DNA of 57,038 bases, counting the filler, from Porpidia crustulata (taxonomy: Eukaryota), in assembly GCA_964255105.1 (NCBI GenBank). It is 6 parts of 6 records of this genome, joined end to end, with 100 filler letters (N's around TTAATTAATTAA, not from the genome) between each part and the next. Parts side by side here need not be neighbours in the genome. Positions count along the whole stretch, not along the records: positions 1 to 9,434 come from CAXUWE010000946.1; positions 9,535 to 18,967 come from CAXUWE010000947.1; 4 more parts are not named here. One strand, given 5' to 3'. Under the pieces are notes generated by a model that saw only the letters and a list, made by a program, of their open reading frames with translations, was not told the origin of the DNA and made no database searches. Position numbers and translations under genes: made by a program. Every line of letters begins with the position of its first letter. Position 1 is the stretch's first letter. Positions 1 to 12,500 of the stretch are shown in pieces.

Positions 1-1165
1 GTGCGGGGGCGGCGGAGGGTTTGGAAGGTTTGTATGAGTTGTGGTAGCTTGTTGGTATCTTTCAGCTTTTCGAAAAGAGCCCCTAATGCAGCACCGTCTT
101 CTACCGCTTGTGCGGCGCCTTGTGCACTAAGAGAGTTTGAGTTGAGCGTGAAAGCCATAAGGGAATCCGTTATGACTTACAGATATGGTAGTGTTGGGTG
201 GCAGGCATCCCCAATTAGGAGAAATTTTCCACTGAGGTTACTCCATGTGTTCAAAGGCTCGGTAATCTCCAGTCGCCATTTCAGTGCTCCATCTGCCAGA
301 TCGATCAATTTCCTCAACCTTGGATCCCAGTCCTTGAACCGCTCTCTCATTTCCTGAACGTCCGCTTTGGAAACGACAGCTGCCACTTTAAGATTATCTG
401 GACACAGAAGCACGACATTGCACAATCCGCCCTGCTTGAGTTGGTAGCAAAGGGCATGGGCATTCGGACCCATCCAACATATGACTGGGAGGCCGTTTAA
501 AAGATCGCGAAGATCTTTGTCTTGCATGATGTTATCCATTTCGACGGTGAAGCGGTAGGCCATGTCGCCCGAAGGATACGGTGGTTTGTTTTGTTTGAGC
601 AGAGTTGAGCGGCAGGTGGAATAGAGGCCGTCGGCGCCAAGCACGATATCAGCCTGATGCTCTACGCCATTGTTCAGAAGAATCGAGGGTTTCTGTGTGC
701 TGATTTTGGAAATTGTAATTCCAAAATGAATAGTAACCCCTGACCTCAGAGCTTCATCGGCAAGGACTCTTACGAGATCGGCTCTATGTATTAGAAGATA
801 AGGGACTTTATATGTAACCTCTGCGTGGGGAGTAAGATTTTGTGTTGAAAGTGTCGTGCCATCCTGATACCTCTTTAGAACGATAGCAGAAGGCCTAACA
901 GAGTGAGACTCGACCGCCTCAAGAATTCCCCAATGTCGGAAGATGCGTGTAGCGTTACAAGGCACTTGTATACCTGCTCCAATCTTGAAAGAAACGATTT
1001 CTTAGACAGTCCAGACTGCTGTACGGACCGGTGTCAACGCACCTCGTGGAAAGCCGCTGCTTGCTCTAGTATCACGACTTTATGCCCTGCCCTACTGATG
1101 CCGATTGCAGCAGCAAGACCACTAATACCGCATCCAATAATGACGACAGACGCAGCTTTTGTCAT
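1..1165 (-). CDS. FAD-dependent monooxygenase (salicylate hydroxylase-like), 3' end truncated at window edge
   Basis: ATG at 1165 gives MTKAASVVIIGCGISGLAAA (GxGxxG). Introns at 984-1042 and 127-180. DG motif (GADGLYS) and spliced GD motif GDACHPTLPYLAQGAAQAVEDG. Confidence 0.92.
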
Positions 1166-4100
1166 GGTGAGTATGCTTTAGTAAGGGTTCATGAAGGATG
1201 CAGGCAAAGAAGACTTCCTATCAAGAGAAATATGTTAGCAATACTTCACGGAAGCGAATTTAAGGCAGTCACACCTACAGTTCTTCCGCTGGCAACGTCA
1301 GTGCTTGGACGTCCCCGGCATCTTTTTCGTAAGTTGAGTTAAATGAGGATATGATGCGGAGTAGTGAAAAATCATGGTGGTAGTGCTGGAAGCTAAAGTC
1401 AATATATGGTATGTGGATGAGATATCGTCGTGTGCAAAATAATACTATAATCGATTTGAAATTTACCAAGAAAAAGAATGGAAAAGTCTTAAAAGATTAC
1501 ATTCATATACATTATTTCTTTTACATTTTACCTCGCTATTCCGTTTGGTCGTGGTCGTTGTCAAGTATATCTTGAGCAAGAGTACGAGAACTTAACTAAT
1601 TGAATATTACTAAAATGATGGCCTCCTAGAGCTTATGCATCAATGCTCTTTGGACTGATTGACCCAGAGACGAGGTCTATTTGACCCAACCTTTTTGCTC
1701 TAAAAACCCCAATCGCGCTGTCATGGACTGCACGACATCTGGGGTATAGGTAGAGCTGAGTTTATGAACGCTACCACTTTCTGTGGTAGCTACAATTGGG
1801 AAAGTGAAGAGGAATTCGATCTTCTCCTAAACCCGTACTTGCGATTTCATACGTCATCAGCTAGATAGAACTGGTACCAGACTTGCATGCATCAATGCAG
1901 CGCAATGACCCCCAGATTTCTTTTGCTCCGACAAACGCAGCATCAAGATCTCACGTTAATTGCTAACCCTCCGCAGTCAGTCATGCATTGCAGCACGTTA
2001 TCTAGCTTTCCTTCAACATCAGTTAATCCTATAAGATAAAGCTCCTTTAGAGGACAGAAAGCTTTTACGCCGCTAAAGATGAATTAAGTTCGATTTCATC
2101 GCAACACGCCTGATCTTTTGGGATGAGAGGTCCGGGCTCTGTAATGTAGTACAACGCTGATTGTGACGGCGTGACTGCCTCTCACCCCTCATTCCACGTT
2201 TGACGGGACTAGGTGGTAACGGCCATCCCTGGCGTGCGAGTTGGAGTACAGCAAAACCATAGGACGTTCTACACAACGTGCACTCACAAAAAAGAATTCC
2301 AAATCTTTCCTCACCGATAGTGGGTTTCCCGAAGGACCAGAACTTGATCGACTGATGGCTTGCGCGGAGCATCAAGCGTATTATAGTTCGAACCTCGGAA
2401 AAGTGTTGAAGGATCGAAAGAAGGGTATTGACGCGAATATATCGAAAGAGTACATAATATAAGGAAACAGGAGTAAAGCAGCGTCTAATGCCACAAAAGA
2501 TGGAGAATTTACCATACTCAATAAGGGTTTCAAACCTCGAAACCTCGACGAGTAAAAATCTGGGGTCAGGTAGAATTGGTAATGTCCCTCTCGTAGGAGC
2601 TCGACGGGGCTCAACTTGACGTCGTGTCTTCTTCCAGACTCCGAACGCTCATGTGCTTGTCTCCTATCTTAGTTGTTCCTAGTTCGGATCGGGCCTAGGG
2701 GTGGTATCCCTGCTTAGAAGAGACTTAGATATCTAGCTTCGAGCAGATAGAGTTTGGGAATGGCGAATTTTCGCGTATGAATTCCTTCTTTCCCTTGCGC
2801 AAAACAAGGCTCGCACGGTCAGCAATGCAGCGGAACTAGGGGTGCATGGTAGGTGACGGCGGAGGACAGACCTGATGCTTGAACACCTAAAATCAAGCGA
2901 GGAACTTCCACCTTCCATATCCATCTGCATCCACCTTGAATTATGCACTGTAGCCGTTTTATTTCTTCACACTGTGTTCCTTCGAGCACGGTTGGCTACC
3001 GGCGGTGTCTCGCATCATCTCGAGTGTCACCTCACATCAAGGTACCACGCCAGCCCATTCCCGTGATGAAACGGGCTCAAATGTCCACTTTGTCCACCGA
3101 GCTGCTGAGCGTATTGCAGGATTACACAAGGTCGGACATGGAGTGATATCGTGATCTTTTTACATCTGATGCGAGGACGACCGCCAATATATCATGGATT
3201 CAGCTAGGATTTGTGCAAAGGGTTCTTGAGCGACATGTGTGTTGCTGATCACAACATTCGTGTCGATCGCTGCTCTGCTAAGCAAAGATAATCCTAAAGC
3301 GAATACAGGAAGAGAGACGAATTCTCCATAATCGTTATTTAATCGAACGAACGGAATCCCATCTATGCAAAGTAGTGTTCGCGTATTCTATTTCCAACAA
3401 TACCCAAGATTACGAGCTAATGGTATTTTCGAGAGTTGAGGTAAAAGATTTGCCTGATCGAGTGCTGCCTGGGACAATGCACCCGATCGCCCCCGATTAC
3501 TGCTCGAAGCGGGGTCAGATGTCTGACGGGGCGAAGGATCTACGTGCTTCCAATAGTTTGACAAATTATCAATCACGAAGGTAGTAGCATTTGTATTGCT
3601 AACTTTTGCAGAAACGGGAAAGCTGAATATCGCCATCACAAAATGATGGGCAAGGATGGGAAAAGGACGTCTACGAAATTGCACTAATTGGACGCACGCT
3701 GCAAGTATATTCTCCAGCAGGTCCAAGCTGCAGAGTAGGGACCATCTCTTATGCTTGCAAAGCTCCGGCCTTGCGTCGTACGTGCACCGGCAGTCGTACC
3801 CGTTCTAAAAAGTCCGCAAAGATGAGCCACGAGCAAGACCCATGAAGCGATCGCTATGAATGTCCGACAATACAAGGCAACATGGCTCGATCTCGCTGTC
3901 GAATGGCTCCATGGGCTAAGAGCCGAATATGAGTCCCACATCATGGAGGATTGCGTGGGATTCCACGGTATTCACCGATGAAGACAACAAGACCAAGATA
4001 CTGTACGCCAAGAGAGGCAAATGGTGGATACTCGATTTAGCAAGACTGATCTCATACTTGACGTTTCTTTTCTATATGTTTCTGTCTATGTTTGGCATTC

Positions 4101-4177
4101 ATATATTTGATTTACTTGAGCCTTAGACCATTATTGTTAACAAGATACATTGTACAAGAGCTTGGAAGTAGACTGGG

Positions 4178-6395
4178 ATGTCCTCGCCGCGCTTATTGAT
4201 TCTCGCTGCAGTGCTTTTTTGCACGCTTGTCAATGGTAAAAGTTATCTTCTACGTTCTTAATTGATCTTCTCCGAGTCCAGGTCTGACACCATGTTGTGC
4301 TACAGCTCTACCTCCTGCGGGCACTCCTTCACCATCAACCCTACCATTCTTCCTAAGTGATAATGTATGAACAACATATGGCATTAGAACTGGTGAAGGT
4401 TTGCTGAAAATTGATAAGCCTCTCCCGAATGGACGCCCGTGGGGCGATAGTCCTGGAGGTGCTACGAAACCCCCAAACACAGGCGTGATACGATCCTACA
4501 ATTTCGTTATTTCTCGAGGCATCAACAATGCGGATGGTTTCAACAAGAGTGTCATTCTCATAAACAACCACTTTCCAGGGCCGCTCCTCGAGGCGAATTG
4601 GGGAGATACTATTCAAGTAACGGTGACAAACAATATCGAGAATCCCGCGGAAGGAACTTCAGTCCATTGGCATGGGCTTCCACAAAGGCTGTCCCCGTGG
4701 TATGATGGCGTACCGTCGGTATCACAATGTCCCATTGCTCCAGGAAGTACCTTTATATATGCCTTCAGGGCAGAATCGTATGGCACTAGCTGGTACCATT
4801 CTCATTACAGTGCGCAGTACATTGATGGTGTTTATGGTCCAATGATTATTTATGGGTTTGTTCCAGCCTTTACGGATGTCTAGAGACCTCTGACGAAAAA
4901 TATAGACCCAATCATGCTTCCTACGATATTGACCTAGGTCCAGTCCTACTGGTACGTTCATCCTCAGCGATCATGTCCCCCAACTTGACGACTACACCCA
5001 CAGACAAGGTCGTTGTGTAAAGGCATTATTGATTTTGAAATAGACGGATTACTATCACACCCCATACGTTCCACTCATCGGGGACATCTTCGACAAGCCA
5101 CCACTATTCCTTCCATCCGATAACAACCTCATCAACGGTAAAAACGGTCCGACGTGCCCAGACTCAACAAATGGCACCACGTGCCAACGGAGAACCGATT
5201 TCACCAGCTTTCATTTTCAAACTGGTAAAACGCACCGACTCAGGTTGATCAACGCTGGTGGGACATCCGGGCAGAAGTTCACCATTGACAACCACGAGAT
5301 GACGGTCATTGCAAACGACTTTGTACCCGTGCGACCCTATAAGACCAGCGTCGTCACACTAGGGATTGGCCAACGTTCTGACGTTCTGGTTACAGCGAGT
5401 GGCAAATCCACGGATGCTGTATGGATGCGTTCTGATCTAGACCAAGACTGTGCCCTCGTGACTGCCAATCAGCCACACGCCCTCGCAGCTATCTATTACC
5501 CTGGTGCAAGCTCAGGACTGCCAGAATCGACGGCGACTCCTTATACGGTTCAGAACTGTTCAAATGTACGAGTCATTTTCATCTCCTAACTGCTACGGAA
5601 CTCATTTCAACAAGCCTGTTCATTATTTCGCAAAGTTTAACTTGTACCTAGGACGCTTTGAGCACCACCGTTCCCTTCTACCCGATCGAGCCTCCTCATG
5701 AACCGGCAGTCACACAGACGATAGATATTGTCGGCAAAGTCAATGACACGGGGTTTTTACTTTTCTTTGTGAATAATTCAAGTTTTCGTGCCAACTTCAA
5801 GTACGTAAATCACCGTTCCACAATTGGGGGTCCTCGTCTTTCTAAATAAATCCAGCAACCCAATCCTCCTTCTGGCGAACAAGGGCAATGTCTCCTATCC
5901 AGCCGATCCCCAATGGAACGTCTACAACTTTGGCAAGAAGACGTCGATTCGTATCATTATTCGCAACTATTTTCCAATCGTCCACCCGATGCACCTCCAC
6001 GGGCACGACTTCTGGGTGGTGGCGGAAGGAATGGGAAATTGGGACGGTACCGTCACGAACCCCTCCAACCCTCAGCGGAGAGACACGCAGCTCATGGTCC
6101 CTGGGACTCCCGACACCCCTTCTTACCTAGTCCTTGAATGGAACGCCGATAATCCCGGCGTATGGCCGCTTCACTGTCACGCCTTCGTGCACGTCAGTGC
6201 GGGGTTGTATATCAATGTTTTGGTCTGTTACAATCCTTCGAGTGGTGAGTGATACAAGCTGACCCGGGCTCGTTGCAGGAACGCCACGATCTTATCAAAG
6301 AACATGAAATCCCGTCGGTGATGGCGCAGACGTGTCGGGATTGGGCCCAGTTTAGTGGGCATAATGTTGTCGATCAGATAGATTCTGGGCTGTGA
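4178..6395 (+). CDS. Secreted laccase / multicopper oxidase (AA1), multi-exon
   Basis: Signal-peptide exon [19 protein letters not shown] at 4178. Copper motifs [24 protein letters not shown]. Ends [12 protein letters not shown] (TGA 6393-6395), the ascomycete laccase C-terminal plug. Confidence 0.95.
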
Positions 6396-8638
6396 GCTGG
6401 GTGGTAAAATTGCAGTTGACATTCACACTTATGAGCGTTCTTTTCAAACTCTAATACACAACTTGGAAAAACATCCGTGATCTTTCTTGTCAAATTCCGC
6501 CCTGACACGACCTCCTCTCATTTTACCTTTAGATGTTGAATCATGTAAGATACCACCGTTGTACCTCGCTTCCATCTGCCAGATCTGAAGGCGTCAATGC
6601 CACGTACTATGGCGGCCAAGAAAGCCTTTCTGGTAGAGTATTTGCGTATGCATTGCATATGCATATGCAACCTCACCCATCGATCTCAACAACCAATCAA
6701 ACACGTTTCGTGTTTTTGTACTCACGGAAAGGATTGGTTGCCTGATTTCCTATATCTGCACGCACGACATCACCTCAGGTGCACGACCCCATCTCGCATG
6801 CGACTTTGGGTTTTAGGACTGCATTGTATCGTTCCAGTCTCTCATCCGAGATCTTGCATCTTCCGTTGGGAGGGGAATTGTGGCATGGAAATTGAGGGGA
6901 AGGAATATCAGCCTCAGTCACTTCAAATGAGGCCAGTAATTTGAAGCTGAAGAACAAGCACTCAGTCCATAATCATTAACTGCAAAATGAGAAAGAAAGT
7001 TCATCGGGAACATGATTATGAAAATATCTCCCACGGGTAAGATTCTGGCTAGAAAATGGGTAGTAGAGTGGTAGCATACTTCCAATCTGCAAAGCCAGTC
7101 ACAATTCCAGCTGGCGTAGGAATACTTCCAACCCGTATTCTATGCCCCGGATCAACAACAGCATTTGATAATCGGGACAAGAGGCCCAACGGATCAGTAC
7201 AGGTTTCGACTTTATCCACACAACGAGCTCCGTGGCTGTGGTTTCACTGTTTTCCCACTTACACTAAGAACTTCGAAGAGCCTCATCTCCACAGCTATCC
7301 TGACGTATGTGATGGTATGAAGCTAACTACAAACGTGTCACCGTCCAAGCCTTGTGGCGGGCTTAGGATACTAACTACCACCATCATTCCAAATATCTTT
7401 TAATGTGAAGACTATAGGATAACCATCGTGCCAGCACAAGCCTCGATGAGCTCTTTTCAACTTCGGAGAGGAAGGGGCCGCGTCAATCAAGAACAATCAA
7501 AACCCTTAGATCCTTCGGTCAAAGCATCAGCGAGGTTGAATAAGTCGGCCGTCTTGGCGTTCTTGGCTGCCTGATGAGTGCGGAGATATCTACTTGAAAA
7601 TGCTTCCTCCCCGGGTAATTCAAGGTTTACAAAAAAATCAACAAGAGGCAGGCTAAGTGGGGTTTCTTCGAATAGAGCGCAAAGCACTCGACTCGAATAG
7701 GACGGGATGTAGCCTTGTCGGATTTTTCCGTCGGGTTTGAGATCCCCCAGCATCTGTGGTTTTATGCTCCGCACTGGTCGTGTATTGGATCGTGTCATGG
7801 GGTTTTATTCAACTGGTTACACATGTTGTGGCCTGGCTGTGCTCGAGCCGCAGTTGTAAAGTACTCAATACCGTAAAATTATTGTACATCACATATCCGC
7901 AAAATGCGCTTTTGGAGAGGCGTCATGTTGAGAGCTGGAATAGCTATGACCACATTTCATGTTGTTCCAGACGCGGCTGGTCTATGTGGTTACTTTTTGT
8001 GTAGCAGAGCGTTATCGGAGGAAAAATACGATAACCTGTAATATAACTGATGTAAAATTTAACTATGAACACGCTATCTACGTGTAATATTATACTTTGT
8101 TAATTTCTAACTTCTTTAACTCAACAGCAGATGTATCAGCTATTGGGAAGATACTTCATTTTACTCAATTTCCTGTCTCATAACTTCGTTTAACCAGCAG
8201 CCTCGAATTATAAAACCTGAGATACCACATCTCCATGGATGGCCTTTATACGGTGAGCTAGCTGCTGACATGTGCGTCAACATGCATGGCTGCACCGCAC
8301 GGTTCCAGGATCCTATAAGGTGGCGGGAGTGACAGAGCGTAGGTCAACGGTTTTGTTAATTGGATTCAACCCAATTGGTCTGACTATGCTCGAAGGGACT
8401 GAATGTCATTGTCCAATAGGACCGCTTGTCAGATCTACCCACGTGCTGTGGTCAAGCTATGCCTGAATCATAGCAGTGCTTTGCGAGCTGGAATGTATAC
8501 CCAGCTACGCCTTACTAAGAGTATTAGACTCTAACAAACACGCTCGCTTCCTAATCGCATTGAAATCCTTTTCAAGAACCTTCAAGCCTCATTGAGGGAC
8601 CTACCGTTTTAGTCCAGTCCCCTCGAATATCGAGAGCG

Positions 8639-9434
8639 ATGGATGACAATAAAGGCGCCTACAATTCAAATCAAGTCCGGATCCTCACGATCCTGAGTCT
8701 GATGATGGTCCTTTCCACGACCTTTTTCTTCCTCCGTTTAGTAGCTCGGCGGATATCTGTGACTAGATACTGGTACGACGACTACGCAGTGTTCGTGGCT
8801 CTGGTCCGTTTATCCCAAAGTCTCGGTCCTGGAGGGCGATGTAACTGATCACTTGGAAGGTCCTTTCATACATTACTATCTCGTGCATGCTTGCAGGTAA
8901 TTCATAAAAATCATGGGCGCCAATCCTACGAGGCTCATATTGCGATAGCGGTACCATTGGGATTAGGAATAGACGCGCCCAATGTCAGCAATCAGGATAT
9001 CTCACGTATTACTCAAGTGAGTTGATGGTTCGATGAATGACCAGAGACCACGCTGATTGATAGCTTGCGTTTGTCACCCATATCTTCTGGCAACTTACCA
9101 TGCCCGCCGTCAAAACCTCTCTACTGCTGTTATACGTTCGACTATTTCCGAATCAGCATGTACGCGTTGTGTCATACATCACCGCAGGCCTCATCTGGAG
9201 TTTCTGCGCAGCGGACACAATCGTTAGCATCGCCATGTGCGATCCCATTCGCCGGTTCTGGGATAAATCTCTTAAAGGCCATTGCGTGAATATCGATGCC
9301 TTCTTTCTTGTGGAATCTTCGGTCCAACTCGTCACTGACCTCTTGGTCCTTCTGATCCCCTTCCCCGTTGTCTGGAGCCTGCAGATAGGCACCACGAAAA
9401 AGATGGCGCTGTCAACTATTTTCCTCTTAGGCAG
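8639..9434 (+). CDS. PTH11-like (fungal rhodopsin family, no CFEM) membrane protein, 3' truncated by contig end
   Basis: FLRLVARR..YWYDDY, KTSLLLLYVRLF, CDPIRRFWD..GHC, TDLLVLLIPFPVVWSLQ..KKMALSTIFLLG; several short GT-AG introns. Confidence 0.9.
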
Positions 9435-9534
9435 NNNNNNNNNNNNNNNNNNNNNNNNNNNNNNNNNNNNNNNNNNNNTTAATTAATTAANNNNNNNNNN
9501 NNNNNNNNNNNNNNNNNNNNNNNNNNNNNNNNNN
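9435..9534. other. Artificial contig-joining spacer (N44-TTAATTAATTAA-N44)
   Basis: Identical 100-nt unit occurs five times; the 12-mer gives stops in all six frames. Confidence 0.98.
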
Positions 9535-12500
9535 TATAGAAGCTATGGTTTGAACTGTGGTCTTGCACTAGATTGTGTCTGTGTAGAATGTTAGCGATGC
9601 ACCCAAACCCCTTGCTCAACCCAGAAAACTCACGCCAGCTCATGCGCGAGTACGACGCTCCAGTAGACAATGGCATCGCTCTTGTTGCCTTGCTGCACAA
9701 GGGGAAGGTGCAGATTCTCAAAGTAGCGATAGTTGAAGAAGAGCGCGTGGTTGGAATTGAAAGCAATTGTGCTGCCGGCGTCGTCGTAGTAGATGTGCAG
9801 CGTGTTTGGCGAGAGAGCGTAAGCACCTCCGCAGTCGAGCAAGACGGAGGCGAAGAGGCTCAGGGCGGATGCGTTGGTCTCCATGAATTTCTTCGCGGTC
9901 GTGCCTTTTCTGGTGACTTCGTTGGACAGGAAGATGCGGATGTTTGCGATTTCGGCAATGTAAGTGATGTCGTGTCCTGGCTTGGCGTCGCAGTAACTCT
10001 GCGTCTCTTTTACTTCGTTCACCGTGGGTTGGCTGATTACGCTTGAAGAGTTATGGGCACGGGATGCTTGAATGGCGTTGAGTAGACTGGAGATGATAAT
10101 TAGCATCCTGTTTAGGAAATTTAAATTAAGACCTACTTTTGTTGCAATTGGTGTGGCGCTGTGGCAACTTCTGGCTGCGGCGTAGTGGTCAACGAATTTT
10201 GGACATCGCCTTGACTGTAAGGAGGCGGGGGAGTCTCGGTGCCACCGCCCACATTAGTCTGCGATGAACGTCGGCCGTTCTCTAGTCCGAGTCTCCTGCT
10301 GAGCTCCGAAAAGCCCGAGAAAAGTCCTCGTGGTCTTTGCAGTGCTTGGTCTTCAGGTGGAGGCAACATACCCCGAACGAGAGCTTTGTGATCTGGTGAA
10401 TCAGGAAAGACACCTGGCATTGATGCTTGCTGTTGTGCGATGAGCGCATTCTGGGCCTGTCTCTCCTTCCACATGGCCTCACGCTCTTTTAGTTCTTGCT
10501 GCTCCTGGTCCAACTGCTTTTTTCGTGCGTCCTCAGCAATCCGAGCTTCAGTGGCTTGTATTCGAAGGATTCGTTGTACGTTATAACCCCTGGCGCCAAG
10601 CTTACGTAAGTCCGTCTCCAACAGCATCTCGAGCATCATTACGTTCTGGGGCTTTGCTCTATTCAGAAGCAGAGGTACCAACACTTGACTGATTTCGTAC
10701 ATGTCATAATTTTTTGAGGTAACATACAGAACCCATTCCCTGTGCTTGTCCTGATATGTAGCAGCGGTTCTGGATTGGCTATGACGAAGGCCAGTCCCTT
10801 TAAGCGATTTCCGAAGAGATATCGATTTCACTGCTACAATCGATAGATGTCTCTCGATCCATCTTGCATCATGTCTGATTGCACCAGCTTCGTGGTCATG
10901 CAGGAAGAGTCGCGATCGCTCCTGGACTAGTCGCTGGAGCTTGGCAGCACTCTTTTGTTCAGGAAGTATGCTCCCAATGCTATGCTGCTCCTCAACTAGA
11001 CTACCAAGCTCGGGACTACCGAGACTGATATAGAAATTCTCGAGCGGCTCTTCCATTGGCGCAGCGAGGAGGTCAGTCTTGAATAAATTGTAGCTAATAA
11101 TATCGTCGATTACAACGATCTGGCTTGCGCTCGCCAGTTCGTATGTTTTCACGTCAGCCTCATCATCATCATCATCTTGGTCGTTTTTGGGCAATCCAGA
11201 CGGAATTACTTTTGAAGCTAGCAGAAACGGTGCTTTCTTCATTGCTCTCACTAGCGTTTTGTCCTTCTTCAAGGTTTGCCATGCCTCGGCAAGGTTTCGT
11301 AAGAGCTCGGAGTATTTCTGTATCTCAAGGATTGTGAAAACTCTGGCGGGCTGTTGGGTTAGCAAATACGCGAGCTCTGATGTACTGGGCTCATGCTTTG
11401 ATCCGCATCGTAGAAGAAACGTATTAGCTTCCTGACCAAAATCGACGTAGTCAAATATTTCGGCATACTTATCACCATCACCAAGGAAACATATCCGAGG
11501 TGGTATATATCGCATCTTTTCGGCCTTTTCAGGCTCTCTTCTCGACGAATCTGGACCAATGGGTACGATAAGTGCCTCACTTAGCATTTCGGTGTGCTGG
11601 CTGTGTAGCTCGGTAAGCCTGCCGGCAAAGTATCCAAACAGTTCACGGGCATTCCGTCTATTCTGCGGCGGTTCCTTCATCAACCGATCAATACATTCCT
11701 GAATTGGTGGATCAGCCTGAACACCAAACTTGAGGGCATGGAAATGGAGATTCTTTCTCAAGATATCAAATCCTAGAATGGAAGCTCGCTCGTTTGTAAA
11801 GCATCTACCCGGAATAGCTAATTTAGAACCCAGCCCTTGCAATGGCAAATAAGGCACGGTGACACCTTTATGGTCAAAATTGGAGTACCCTTTTGTTTGG
11901 TGATGGTCAATAAAATACTTCAGGGCTCGATCTCGAAGTGCAAAGTTCTCTGATGCACAAGCTTTGGCCATGATGCTGATGAGTTCCATGTAGCTAGGAG
12001 CTGATCGCAGGCCAAGGGTAGTAAGAAATCTTCCTTCAGCATTTTCTGCACGGTAGATCCCTGGCCACTGCAAAATTGGAAGCTGTAAACTTCGCAAGGA
12101 CTCAGTGGGCTCGAAAAGATCCGAGATGAGATAGCGTCGATCGATTTCTGTGGGAGAATCGGTCTCAATCGGGCAAATCGGGGTACTTCTCAGACGCTTC
12201 ATATCATCAGGGGGGATATCACCACGAACCGAGGCCAAATATTTGATAAGATCAACATGACTCCATTTCCCAACGAACTTGGCAGTATTCCCATCCTTTC
12301 CAGACGAAGTGCTCATGAGTCGTTCAAAGACAAGCCCAACATCAATGGTCTTGCGCACACCTAGCGCAGTCAAAAGTTTGTCTTTTACCGAATGAAGGCC
12401 GATAACTACCGGCAAATCATCAAATAATTTTACCGTGGGAAAGTACGCGTCACAAGGCTTTCTCATACCCATCTTCGTAGGAATAACCGTCCGAGATATC

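Noticed and set aside
1770..1790. 8-bp inverted repeat GCTACCAC/GTGGTAGC
   Set aside because: Short and isolated; compatible with chance in 57 kb.
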